A DNA stretch of 64,000 bases, taken from contig CAYTXE010000001.1 in NCBI GenBank assembly GCA_964441045.1, positions 6,011 through 70,010 of the forward strand. Direction: 5' to 3'. Below the pieces are notes generated by a model. It made no database searches and was not told the origin of the DNA. It was given only the letters and a program-made list of their open reading frames with translations. This document shows, in pieces, positions 46,327 through 56,634 of the stretch (positions are counted from its first letter, which is position 1; every line of letters begins with the position of its first letter). This stretch comes from an uncultured Candidatus Brevefilum sp. Its GTDB lineage: Bacteria; Chloroflexota; Anaerolineae; Anaerolineales; Anaerolineaceae. A program made the translations under genes and the position numbers.

Positions 46327-48096
46327 CTACAACGGCCAAAGCCACGGCACCATGAATATGGCAATCAGGAATATTAATATCGTCAGGATAGAACCGACTT
46401 TAACAAAATCAAAGAAACGATAGTTGCCAGGACCATAGACCATTAAACAGGCAGGTTCAAGCGGGGTGATAAAGGAGCAGCTGGCGCCAAGTGCGATCAT
46501 CACGGCAAAGGTTCGGGGATTAAGTCCTAACTGCGCAGCAGTTTGGATGGCAATCGGGATCACCACGACAGCAGCAGCCTGGTTGGACATGGGCTGGGTC
46601 AGCAATAAGGAGAGGATAAAGAAAGCAGCCAGAAGCCACAGGGGATTGGCGGTACCAACGAGCACGACAATTTGATCGGCGATCAATTTTGCCAGTCCGG
46701 ACACTTCCATTGCGCGCCCCAAAGCCAGCATTGACGAGATTAAAAGCCAGGCGCTCCAGTTTACCTGCCGGTAAGCTTCTGTAGGTGTGATACAGCGGGA
46801 TACGAAGGCTGCCAATGCCCCTAGCATTACCCCCACAGGCAGGGGTACCAAATTGAACGAGACCAGCAGGAGGACACACCCAAATATTGCCAGCGATAAA
46901 GGTGCTCTGCGCGTTTCAGGCAGTATGTCCAATTTCGCCGAAACAACTCGAAAACTGATGCTTTTCTCCAGACTTCGAAGAGTAGCCGGATCACCCTGCA
47001 GCAAAAGCTGGTCGCCTACCTTCAGGCGTGTTCGACTGATCCGGCGGCGTATCGTTTCCCCCTTGCGATTGATGCCTAACACCTGCAGCCCATAGCGGTC
47101 TCTGAAATTCAGCCCCCACAGCGTTCGTCCAATTAATGGAGATCCTGGCAGCAAGATCACCTCCGCCATTGAGAGGTCTTTTGCGATGGTACTATCCTCG
47201 TTAAAATCGCCAGTAAATTCAACCAGGTCCTGGTCTTGCAAGGTGACAAGATCGTTACGATTTCCTTCCACCAAAATTCGGTCGCCACCTTGAAGGACAG
47301 TATTCGCTCGCGGCTCAACATGGTAACCTTGATATTTCAAGATGCGCAGTATGTTGAGGTCATATTCCTTCCCGAGAGCAATTTCATCGAGTGTTTTGCC
47401 ATCCCAGGGTGAGTTCTCAAGCAACACAAATTCTGAACAGTAAGAAAGGATCGTCTCTTCAAGGTCAACTTCCTCCGCTTCGCGAATAGGGATGAGGTGC
47501 CGACCAATGAAGAACATGTACAACAATCCTACAAACAGGATAGGGATTCCAACCGGGGTTAATTCAAACATTCCCAGGGGGGGCAATCCATATTGTGTCA
47601 TCAATCCACTGACAACCACATTGGTTGACGTACCCACGAGCGTAATTGAGCTGGCGAGAACAGCTGCAAAAGCCAGGGACATAAGCAGTTTGGATGGGTG
47701 GACTTTGAGCTTTCTGGAAAGTCCAATGGTCATCGGCACGAAAAATGCAGCAGTTGCAGTGTTGGAGATAAAACCACTCAATAAGCCTGCTGTCCCTGTA
47801 ATAACCCAGAAAAGCCGATTTTTGTTTTTGCCCACAGAACGAAGGATACGCCGTGAGAGCATTTGCACAACGCCTGTTCGCACTAACGCTGCTGTCAGAA
47901 TGAGCAAGCCCAGGATCATGATCGCTGTGTCGCTCCCAAAACCCTCAAAAGCAATTTCTGCCGGTAGAATCCCGGTCAGGATCAGGGCTAACATCACCCC
48001 CAGGGCGATGACATCCGCGGGAAGGGCCTCAATGGAAAAAAAGATCATTGCTGCGATGATTATGATGAATAGCAGTATGATGGAAAAGGTCATCAC
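46327..48096 (-). CDS. SLC13/DASS-family anion (di/tricarboxylate or sulfate) permease with central TrkA-C domains
   Basis: 589 aa. Two multi-TM halves flank a soluble ~180-aa region with paired TrkA_C-like repeats (...GKTLDEIALGKEYDLNILRI... / ...GRTLWGLNFRDRYGLQVLGI...). Confidence 0.8.
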   Translation of the reverse strand: MMTFSIILLFIIIIAAMIFFSIEALPADVIALGVMLALILTGILPAEIAFEGFGSDTAIMILGLLILTAALVRTGVVQMLSRRILRSVGKNKNRLFWVITGTAGLLSGFISNTATAAFFVPMTIGLSRKLKVHPSKLLMSLAFAAVLASSITLVGTSTNVVVSGLMTQYGLPPLGMFELTPVGIPILFVGLLYMFFIGRHLIPIREAEEVDLEETILSYCSEFVLLENSPWDGKTLDEIALGKEYDLNILRILKYQGYHVEPRANTVLQGGDRILVEGNRNDLVTLQDQDLVEFTGDFNEDSTIAKDLSMAEVILLPGSPLIGRTLWGLNFRDRYGLQVLGINRKGETIRRRISRTRLKVGDQLLLQGDPATLRSLEKSISFRVVSAKLDILPETRRAPLSLAIFGCVLLLVSFNLVPLPVGVMLGALAAFVSRCITPTEAYRQVNWSAWLLISSMLALGRAMEVSGLAKLIADQIVVLVGTANPLWLLAAFFILSLLLTQPMSNQAAAVVVIPIAIQTAAQLGLNPRTFAVMIALGASCSFITPLEPACLMVYGPGNYRFFDFVKVGSILTILIFLIAIFMVPWLWPL

Positions 48097-48254
48097 GTTA
48101 CCTTAGAAGGTTATGAGTAATCAACATCTATTATACGGGGTTTTCAAATATACGAAACAGTATTAAGGAACATTTCATAGAAACCAGCCGTCTGTTATTT
48201 GCTGGATAACTCTTGCCAGGCGTTTATAGGCTGCTCGCGGTATAATCGGGTGAA

Positions 48255-50114
48255 ATGATGGAAGTGAAATCACAAACTCTCCTCAATAGGAAAATCTTTT
48301 TTCAACTGTTATTCGCGATTCCCCTCAGCTTTGTTATTTTCATTTCAGTGGTAATGGTGGTATTGTTTAGTTTTGAAGTGGGGTTTGCCAACCGAATCTA
48401 CCCTGGCGTTTATGTTGATGATCTGGACCTCTCAGGGTTAACCCTCGAAGAGGCTGGAGAGCGTTTATCTGAAGCCCTGCCATATTCTCATGAAGGAAAG
48501 TTAACCTTTTCTTATGGTGGCAGGGTTTGGGAGGCTCAACCAATCGATCTGGGCTATCTTATTGATCCTACGTTCAATGCCCAGCGAGCGTATGATATCG
48601 GGCGGGCAGGGTGGCTGTCAAACAATCTGATGGAAAAGGGGCAAGCCTGGTTTACTGGACTGCAGCTTACTCCAGCAGCTTATTATAACGAGTGTCTGGC
48701 GCAAGCCTATTTACAGTCGATTGCTGCAGAAATCGATCAGCCAGTTTTAGAAGCTTCCCTGGGGCTGGAAAATACTGATGTGATTGTTATCAGCGGTCAG
48801 GTGGGACGTGAAGTCGATATTAAGGGCACCCTCAGCTTGATCAAACAGGCCTTGGGTGAATTGCGGAATGCTGAGATACCATTGATCGTAACTGAGACAG
48901 AGCCGGAGATTTTGGATGTAGGACCTCAGGCAGAATTAGCACGGGAGATGCTGAGCAAGCCATTGGTGTTGTCAGCTTCAGATGGCGAGAGAGGATCTAT
49001 CACGTGGACGATTTCACCTGAGGAATTGGCAGCCATGTTGATCATCACACGTGCTGCGGAGGCAGAAAAGGATCATCCAGGGTATCAAATTGCCCTGAAC
49101 GATGATTTGTTTGGTGCTTATCTGAGCAGCCTGGCGCCGGGTTTATCGATCGCCCCTGTGAATGCCCGTTTCACATTCAAGGATGATACATCCCAGCTGG
49201 AGGTGATTGAGTCTGCTGTCATCGGTCGTGAATTGGATGTGCCATCGAGCATTGCCCAAATTAATCAGAGTTTACAGAATGGCGAACATGAGGTTGGGCT
49301 TATTTTTAAGACGATCCAACCTGCTGTGACAGACGATATGACCGGGGAGTCATTGGGAATCACTGAGCTGGTTCGCAGTGAAACCTCGTATTTTTATGGC
49401 TCTGAGGCAGCACGTGTGCAAAATATTAAAACAGCAGCAGCGCAATTTCATGGGCTGCTGATCGCTCCTGGAGAAACCTTTTCAATGGGGGATGCCCTGG
49501 GGAACATCAGCCTTGAGAATGGTTATGCTGAAGCGCTGATTATTTACGGAGGGCAAACGATTCAGGGGATTGGGGGCGGGGTATGCCAGGTGAGCACAAC
49601 CCTTTTCCGAGCAGCATTTAACGCTGGTTTTCCGATTGTGGAACGCCACGCACATGCTTATCGCGTGGGATATTATGAAATGACACGGGACGGCAGTAAA
49701 GACCCAAACCTGGCCGGATTAGACGCAACGGTATACTTCCCAATTGTGGATCTGGTTTTTACCAATGATACGGAGAACTGGCTGTTGATGGAAACCTATA
49801 TGGGGCAATATGATTCACTGACCTGGAAATTTTATTCCACCAAAGATGGACGTACGGTGGATTGGCAAACGACAGGGCCAATGAACGTTATTCCAGCGCC
49901 TGAGCCGCTCTACCGTGAGAATCCCGATCTTGAAAAGGGTGAAATTAAAAAAGTCGATTATGCTGCAGATGGGGCGGAGATTTCAATTACTCGCACGGTG
50001 TATAAGAATGATCTGATCCACTTTTCAGACTCATTTTATACAAAATTCCGCCCCTGGCAAGCTGTTTTTGAGTATGGACCCGGGACAGAAATTCCAGACT
50101 CCGAGGAGGACTGA
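48255..50114 (+). CDS. VanW-family protein with an N-terminal anchor and PG-binding-like repeats
   Basis: The VanW core is ETFSMGDALGNISLENGYAEALIIYGGQTIQGIGGGVCQVSTTLFRAAFNAGFPIVERHAH. Confidence 0.85.
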   Translation: MMEVKSQTLLNRKIFFQLLFAIPLSFVIFISVVMVVLFSFEVGFANRIYPGVYVDDLDLSGLTLEEAGERLSEALPYSHEGKLTFSYGGRVWEAQPIDLGYLIDPTFNAQRAYDIGRAGWLSNNLMEKGQAWFTGLQLTPAAYYNECLAQAYLQSIAAEIDQPVLEASLGLENTDVIVISGQVGREVDIKGTLSLIKQALGELRNAEIPLIVTETEPEILDVGPQAELAREMLSKPLVLSASDGERGSITWTISPEELAAMLIITRAAEAEKDHPGYQIALNDDLFGAYLSSLAPGLSIAPVNARFTFKDDTSQLEVIESAVIGRELDVPSSIAQINQSLQNGEHEVGLIFKTIQPAVTDDMTGESLGITELVRSETSYFYGSEAARVQNIKTAAAQFHGLLIAPGETFSMGDALGNISLENGYAEALIIYGGQTIQGIGGGVCQVSTTLFRAAFNAGFPIVERHAHAYRVGYYEMTRDGSKDPNLAGLDATVYFPIVDLVFTNDTENWLLMETYMGQYDSLTWKFYSTKDGRTVDWQTTGPMNVIPAPEPLYRENPDLEKGEIKKVDYAADGAEISITRTVYKNDLIHFSDSFYTKFRPWQAVFEYGPGTEIPDSEED

Positions 50115-50237
50115 GGAGCAAGTGGCTAACCGGGTGCGCCCGGTTGGCATGCAGGTCATTTTGCATTTTTTGGTTAATGAATTAGAATAAGGCTCTCTGC
50201 CCCGATAGTCATGAAGGGGCGTTTAATTGGAGGTCTG

Positions 50238-50459
50238 ATGATCAACAAAGAATTACTTGATATGCTTCGCTGTCCGAATTGCGTACAGGAAAAGGATGGA
50301 TTCCTGGAGTATTATCAGGAATGCTGGCTTATTTGTCAGGATTGCGGAAGAAAATATCCCATCGTAGAGGATATCCCAGTAATGCTGATCGATGAAGGCG
50401 ATAAATGGATTGACACCAAGAAAGAAGATTTGCCAGTTCCTCCGCCTCCATTGGATTGA
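50238..50459 (+). CDS. Trm112/UPF0434-family zinc-ribbon protein
   Basis: LLDMLRCPNC...CQDCGRKYPIVEDIPVMLIDE. The ATG at 50238 is preceded by GGAGG. Confidence 0.8.
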   Translation: MINKELLDMLRCPNCVQEKDGFLEYYQECWLICQDCGRKYPIVEDIPVMLIDEGDKWIDTKKEDLPVPPPPLD

Positions 50460-50553
50460 TCCTTTCCCATTCCCAAAGAAATGTCATGTTTATTATTTTG
50501 TGAGAAGTGCTATTCTGCAGCAAATTTGCAGGTTAGGTTGAAGCATTAAGCAT

Positions 50554-51966
50554 ATGAAGCTAATTGAAAAAATTAAAGAAAATTTTCCTAAAGATCGATT
50601 TACTCAGATTGTTCTAGCGATAATAGTGATCTTTGCCCTGGTTGGTGCGTTCGTTGGATATCGGTATGCCAGGAAATTTGTGTCTACAAACGAAACATTT
50701 TCTCTGCCTGGTGATCCAGTCGTAGAGGGGGATGAGCTGGATTCAAACGGTGAAGGAGACACCATCGACACTACCAAACCTACAGAGATCGCGGCAGCTG
50801 ACCTCCCCACCCCGGAACCATGGGATGGGGTAAGCAGGATAAATATCTTGGTGATGGGTTTGGATTATCGTGATTGGGAAGCCGGTGAAACCCCTCGCAC
50901 CGATACGATGATTGTGTTTACCCTGAACCCATTGAACAATACCGCCGGTATGATTTCCATTCCGCGGGATTTATGGGTTACGATCCCTGGATTTGAGTCT
51001 GGCAAGATCAACACAGCATACTATCTTGGAGAAGTTTACAATCTGCCTGGTGGTGGACCGGGCTTGGCGGCAGATACTGTTGAGGAGCTTTTAGGCGTTC
51101 CCATTCACTATTACGCCCAGATTGATTTCCAGGCTTTTATTGATTTTATCGATCACATCGAAGGAGTTCGATTAACCTTCGATGAACCCATGGTATTAGA
51201 CCGTCTTGGAAAATGGAATACGGTAACGATTGAGCCGGGCGTGATTACTTTGCCAGGGGATTATGCTCTGGCTTATGTACGCGCCCGTAAAACCGAGGGT
51301 GGTGATTTTGATCGTGCAGAACGTCAGCAAAAACTTATCATGGCTATCCGTGATCGAATCCTCGAATTTGACATGATGCCCAAGCTGGTGGCAAAAGCGC
51401 CAGATATTTATAATGACCTTGCCGCTGGTATTCGTACAAATATGAACTTGAACGAAGCAATCAAGCTGGGATGGTCTGTTCTGGCGGTAGATAGGGATGA
51501 GATCACCCAGGTGGTGATCAGCAATGAATATGTTACTTTGGGTAAGTCGCCTGATGGCCTGGACATCTTGAAACCAGTCCCTGACAAGGTTCGCTTGCTT
51601 CGTGATGAAGTCTTTGGAGGTGGTGCGGCCTTGGGTCCCGTGGCGGAGGGGACGTTATTGGACCTGGTTGCGGAAGAAGGGGCTCGTGTCTCCATCCGCA
51701 ACGGTTCTTCTCAATCAGACCTGGCGACTAGAACAGCTGCCTGGTTCAGGGAACAAGGTATCAATGTCGTTGAAGAGGTGAATACTGATTATAATCTGCT
51801 CACACGGCTGTATTTATACAGCGGGAAACCTTACGCAGTGAGGTGGCTTTCGGAGACGATGGGGCTCACTTCCACGAATATTGTCAATGATACAAGTGCA
51901 GTCGGAGAGATAGACATCATCCTCGTCCTCGGGGATGACTGGGCTGCTCAAAATCCTATGCCTTAG
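50554..51966 (+). CDS. LytR-CpsA-Psr (LCP) family cell-wall glycopolymer transferase with a LytR_C domain
   Basis: N-terminal TM, then INILVMGLDYR, RTDTMIVFTLNP, ISIPRDLWV and ARKTEGGDFDRAERQQ. Confidence 0.88.
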   Translation: MKLIEKIKENFPKDRFTQIVLAIIVIFALVGAFVGYRYARKFVSTNETFSLPGDPVVEGDELDSNGEGDTIDTTKPTEIAAADLPTPEPWDGVSRINILVMGLDYRDWEAGETPRTDTMIVFTLNPLNNTAGMISIPRDLWVTIPGFESGKINTAYYLGEVYNLPGGGPGLAADTVEELLGVPIHYYAQIDFQAFIDFIDHIEGVRLTFDEPMVLDRLGKWNTVTIEPGVITLPGDYALAYVRARKTEGGDFDRAERQQKLIMAIRDRILEFDMMPKLVAKAPDIYNDLAAGIRTNMNLNEAIKLGWSVLAVDRDEITQVVISNEYVTLGKSPDGLDILKPVPDKVRLLRDEVFGGGAALGPVAEGTLLDLVAEEGARVSIRNGSSQSDLATRTAAWFREQGINVVEEVNTDYNLLTRLYLYSGKPYAVRWLSETMGLTSTNIVNDTSAVGEIDIILVLGDDWAAQNPMP

Positions 51967-52104
51967 TGTGCAATAGAATTGATTAGTAGAACAGGGCTGA
52001 CATACTCGTCAGCCCTGTTTTGGTTAAGGCTACCATCGCTCTAATATTCTACGCGCTTCACAACCATGAGGTTCTCTGCTCAACAGTATGGATCAGATTA
52101 GTTT

Positions 52105-53541
52105 TTACTCAAAATCTGTCCAAAAACTTGGTACGACCCAGGCTTTTATACTGTCCACAGAATATTCATCATCATAATAAACGTAGATTTCGTATTCCCC
52201 TGAGCCACCTGCAGGGGTTGGTTCGTCGTAATAGGTATCCCCACCGCCGATGATGTTGCCGCTTGCATCGTACACAAGCACAAAGATATCGACTTCAGTG
52301 ACCAGTTTATCGTAAGTATTTGTGAAGTTGACTTTCACTTTATCTGAATAATCCCCAGTTAATTCAGTGCTGTTCACAATGAAAACATTTTCCGTCAACT
52401 CAAAATCTTCCGCATAAACACCTGGAAAGATCCTGGTTTCATAATATGATAATGAGGGGAGATCATCCGGAGAATCGATATACGGTGAGATACCTATGGT
52501 GTCACCAGGCAAGAAATAATCAATGTCTTTCGAGCCATGGCTGATGACATAACCTTCATCATCATAAAAGGTAACATTCAAGATGGCATCTTCTAATGTT
52601 TGATTATCAAGGCTGCTTTGAATAACCGTGCCCCCATATATATCATCTGGATCGCTGAGATAGTAATTTTCGTCAGGGATGTAGGTCATTCCCCAAAACT
52701 CGGGGGTGTCTTCATAGGAATCAGACATGTAAGTCAAAATTGGGAAAACCTCGATCGAATCAACATCATCGTAATTATCTGAATAGGTGGAAAAGCCCAT
52801 TTGGCCTCCTCCAGGGATGAAGTCAATGTATTCATAGCCACCGCCAACGATTTTTCCATCTGTGTTATAGCACAGGATACTTGTCCGGACATCTGTATAG
52901 ATGTTTGTACTGCTGTTTTTTATGATGCCGGTGACAACCGGCCAATAACCGCTTTCCCAAAGTTTGATTTTTTCACTTGAGAAGGGATCCCCAGACAGTT
53001 CTGGTTCGCTGGCTTCATCGTATTCAAGGACAATATTGTATGATTCGACGGGAGGATTTTCTTCATTCAGGGATACTCTAAAAAAGATACCTAAATATTG
53101 TTCTGGGAGGAGCCACGGGAAAGTATTGTTCTCCTGTCCAACAATGATACCGTCGCCGTCCATAATATTGATTGTATACTCCACATCAGACAGGGCAAGG
53201 CTGGTGTTCTGGTTCTTCATTAAAAAGCCAACGAAAGCATCCTCCTCCTCCACGCCGAAGTTTTCCTGAACGATGGCAAGGTCTCCGACTGCTTGAATCA
53301 CCTCTTCCTCAGGCTCAACAATCTCCTCAGGCTCCTCGATTTCGTCAGGTTGGGTTTCTTCAATGACTGGAATTTCCTCGGCGGGTTCCTGTTCAACGAC
53401 GTCCGCGGGGTTGACGACAGCCGGTTCTTTGGTTTCTTCCAATTTGCCTCTAATGTTTTCCAGCAAGCCGCATGTACAGGCCAGGCCAACAACGAGAGGA
53501 AATATAACAAACAATAGGATGATGATCGTTTTGTTTTTCAT
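52105..53541 (-). CDS. Lipoprotein with an acidic linker and four FxLYD-like beta-sandwich repeats
   Basis: Lipobox VVGLAC and an E/P-rich linker. The recurring module is NIMDGDGIIVGQE / ILCYNTDGKIVGGG / VTFYDDEGYVISHG / VLVYDASGNIIGGG. Confidence 0.6.
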   Translation of the reverse strand: MKNKTIIILLFVIFPLVVGLACTCGLLENIRGKLEETKEPAVVNPADVVEQEPAEEIPVIEETQPDEIEEPEEIVEPEEEVIQAVGDLAIVQENFGVEEEDAFVGFLMKNQNTSLALSDVEYTINIMDGDGIIVGQENNTFPWLLPEQYLGIFFRVSLNEENPPVESYNIVLEYDEASEPELSGDPFSSEKIKLWESGYWPVVTGIIKNSSTNIYTDVRTSILCYNTDGKIVGGGYEYIDFIPGGGQMGFSTYSDNYDDVDSIEVFPILTYMSDSYEDTPEFWGMTYIPDENYYLSDPDDIYGGTVIQSSLDNQTLEDAILNVTFYDDEGYVISHGSKDIDYFLPGDTIGISPYIDSPDDLPSLSYYETRIFPGVYAEDFELTENVFIVNSTELTGDYSDKVKVNFTNTYDKLVTEVDIFVLVYDASGNIIGGGDTYYDEPTPAGGSGEYEIYVYYDDEYSVDSIKAWVVPSFWTDFE

Positions 53542-54073
53542 GACGTGCTCCTTTTCTGGATGATCGTTGTAAGTAAAGAATATAAAATTGGGGATCGCTT
53601 TCAGAAGAATAGTTTTCTATTAAAAGCGGCGCACCTATGTTGTCTCCGAATTTTTGTCGGTGGATGAGGTTAATTTGCATGCAATCCCGGTTAGAAAGAG
53701 GATTATCATGGATATCCTAAAAAAACAAGACTGGGTTAGCTTTCATAGCGAAATGAATTTGCATAACTGCAGAGTTTTTACTTAAATTGTTAATTGTGAG
53801 TTGAGATAATCAAATTATATCAAATTATATCAAATTAATGTTGCTATGTTGCTATGATATATTACCTAAGCGATTTTTTCACAGGTATAAAGGGAATAAA
53901 AATATGTTGTCAAAACTTTTCCCCCGGAAAAATAGCAGTAAAAAGCGGATGTTTTTGAGATTAATTTCTTAAAAATCAATATATTTCTGTCACTTGTTGA
54001 TTATATGGGGAGATCATGCTCCACGCTGCCAAATCTAATAAACTGACCACCTACAATGGCTATGATGGAAACT

Positions 54074-54937
54074 TCAAGGTAGTGCAGGGAAGCTCTTGAG
54101 GGGAGCAAATACTATCCCCACCAATCCCCGGCCGGTGTGAGCACCCAACACAGGTGAGATCGAGCAGTCTGGTAACCACTCGCAATGGAATAATCCCTCA
54201 GTGGATTCACGCAAAAGTTCTGCCCCTTCCGGGTTGCCGGCGTGCCCGATTTGGACGCGCAACAGTGTGCCTTCAGGAAATTTTTTTGCGATATACTTCG
54301 GAATTGCCTTGATGGCTCCTTTAAATGTGCGAGCCTTACCGCGATCATAGTATTTGCCGTCCACCTTATCAACCCCAATCAGGGGTTTGATCCCCAGTAA
54401 GGAAGCCAACAGCCCCTTGAGGTGGCCGATGCGTCCGCCATGGATTAGATAAGACAGATCAGGTAAGGTAAATACGATCTCTGATTGGTCACGTACTTGA
54501 CTCATCAATTCAAGAATTTTCTTTAACGGCCAGTCTGCTTTGATGGCATGAACAGCTGCTTCAATTTGCCAGCCCATCTCTACTGAAAGGGAGCGGGTGT
54601 CGACCAGAGTGATGTTGGCATCTGGCATCTGTTCTGTCGCTGTCACAGCAGAGTTATAAGTACCGCTTAAACCGGAGGAAATATGGATGGAGAGGATGTC
54701 GGGATCTTCTGCAGCAACTTGCTGGTAAATTTCTAAAAATTCACCAGGAGATGGGGTGGAGGTGATCGGCATATTCTCTGTGTTTTCCAGCAATTTGTAG
54801 AATGCCTCTTTCTGAATGTCGACGCCGCTAAGATAGCTGACGCCATTCAAGGTTATTTTCAGGGGCAGGGTATGTAAAACAAAACTCTGTTTTTGTTGTG
54901 GGGAAAGATCAAAACCACTGTCTGTCACTATTTTCAT
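54074..54937 (-). CDS. DegV-family fatty-acid-binding protein
   Basis: MKIVTDSGFDL... and ISSGLSGTYNSA are typical DegV motifs. Length is 287 aa. Confidence 0.85.
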   Translation of the reverse strand: MKIVTDSGFDLSPQQKQSFVLHTLPLKITLNGVSYLSGVDIQKEAFYKLLENTENMPITSTPSPGEFLEIYQQVAAEDPDILSIHISSGLSGTYNSAVTATEQMPDANITLVDTRSLSVEMGWQIEAAVHAIKADWPLKKILELMSQVRDQSEIVFTLPDLSYLIHGGRIGHLKGLLASLLGIKPLIGVDKVDGKYYDRGKARTFKGAIKAIPKYIAKKFPEGTLLRVQIGHAGNPEGAELLRESTEGLFHCEWLPDCSISPVLGAHTGRGLVGIVFAPLKSFPALP

Positions 54938-55497
54938 CTGATTTACTCCTGGAACAAAAAATTTTTAAAAAAATACCTGCACCAGAAAAAATAATGACAC
55001 ATATTCTAAAAAAGTGATTTTATTATACCAAGAATTTGTAATTTGTGTTAAAAATGTCTAGGGAGCAGTGCTGGAGGGCGAAATCCCCACTGTTCACCTG
55101 GAGGGTCAGTGGGGGGGCTCAAGTCGATATAATAAAGCTGTGTGATGTGTCTTAATAAGCTGGATTGATCTTGTAAGTTAAGATAGCTGATTCCTGGACG
55201 GCTGGTTGACAGGTGCCAACCGGCACGTTCTTTCCCAGGGCAATTCTACTGCAGTTTCTCAAACAACCGAGGACAGACTATCTTCACAGACATGGATAGA
55301 ATGGATCTTCACCAGATCGATCCCCGACGCTTGTCCTGGCATCTTCCTCGATAACTGTCATCTGGACTTCTCTAAGAGAGTCAAGTTTGCGGACGGTGAA
55401 GGTGCATGAATATGCTTCATGTATAATATACGATGCTGTGTAGATTGAAAAGAGTTGTCCTTTTCGGTGTTTCTTCCAAATGGATTTTTACATATTT

Positions 55498-56217
55498 CTA
55501 CTTGATTTCGTAGGTCAGATTACATAGCATCGTGATGGATAGTGTGCCGGCAGCAACCGGGACTTCTTCCGCCGCTGCATAGGCACCGCCTTTGACATCA
55601 AAGTGGGTATATGGCGTGCTGTCCTCAAATACGCTAATGCTGATCAGATCACCTAATTCAACACCAGCATCACTTGCGATAACTTCCGCTTTGGCTTTGG
55701 CGTCTTCAATTGCTAATCGTCGGGCTTCAGCAACGGCTTCTTCCCGATCCTCAACACTAAAGTTGATACCATAGACGTTGTTTGCGCCGGCTTCAACAAC
55801 CGCCGAGAGTACTTCACCCAAACTCGCCAAGTCTCTAACTGCTACATTTACAGTGTTTTCTACGACGAAGTACTGCCCTTCGATCTCACCGGTCATCGGA
55901 TTATATTGATCTGACGGGTAGACATTGAAATTTGAGGTTTGAATATCCTTTTCCTCAACGCCAAGAGCTTCCAATACATCCGAGATAGCGTTTGCCTGAG
56001 TAGTGTTTCCATCAAGTGCATCCGTGACGTTGTCCGCTTCTGTGCGGACGCCGATATTAATTGTGGCAATATCCGGTACAAGCGTAATCCGTCCGGTCCC
56101 ATTGACAGTCATCGATCGAAGGTTTTCCGAACAGGATGATGCTGAAAATGGTGTACAAGCCGCTAACAGGCTAAAAATCACCAGGCCGATAAGAATATAG
56201 CTAAAATATTTCTTCAT
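55498..56217 (-). CDS. SIMPL/DUF541-domain lipoprotein
   Basis: Lipobox SLLAAC. The length and the pattern (...ITLVPDIATINIGV..., ...RRLAIEDAKAKAE...) match 26-kDa periplasmic immunogenic-protein-like SIMPL proteins. Confidence 0.7.
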   Translation of the reverse strand: MKKYFSYILIGLVIFSLLAACTPFSASSCSENLRSMTVNGTGRITLVPDIATINIGVRTEADNVTDALDGNTTQANAISDVLEALGVEEKDIQTSNFNVYPSDQYNPMTGEIEGQYFVVENTVNVAVRDLASLGEVLSAVVEAGANNVYGINFSVEDREEAVAEARRLAIEDAKAKAEVIASDAGVELGDLISISVFEDSTPYTHFDVKGGAYAAAEEVPVAAGTLSITMLCNLTYEIK

Positions 56218-56517
56218 TTGATTGATTCTCCATTAATTATTTGATTTTTCTCTTCATACTTGCTCAGATTAGACGCTGAAAGATGTTTGAAAGTTCCACA
56301 ACAGAAAATTAAAACCAATATGGTCCAGGTTGGTCATGATGCCTCATCTTATTATAAACAATATTTTGTGAGAGTGTAGCGGAATCAGGTGACGAATGTC
56401 ATGGTTAATTCTTACGCCAATGCTATTGACGCCATACCGATTCTCGACTATGGTTAAAAAGATCAAAAACTGTGGAGCGGGCATGTTCTTCATTCAAGAA
56501 AAGGTGATCGCGAAAGC

Positions 56518-56556
56518 ATGCGGGTACTGGAACGTAATACCCGCATATTTTTATTT
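56518..56556 (+). terminator. Intrinsic terminator-like hairpin in the leader of the glutamate dehydrogenase gene
   Basis: AUGCGGGUA (56518-56526) pairs with UACCCGCAU (56538-56546), followed by AUUUUUAUUU. No upstream plus-strand gene exists for it to terminate. Confidence 0.5.
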
Positions 56557-56634
56557 AATAATACTGCCTGCATCAGGTTTGATTGACCGAGCACTTATAA
56601 AAACTTCACCAACCAATAATAAATAGGAGAGACT

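Noticed and set aside
54938-55497. A possible decayed holo-ACP synthase remnant on the minus strand (...ASGIDLVKIHSI... resembles the AcpS N-terminal GIDLVEI motif) lies in the 560-bp DegV-SIMPL intergenic region.
   Set aside because: Only one short motif matches. I could not follow the rest of an AcpS sequence in any frame, even allowing frameshifts.
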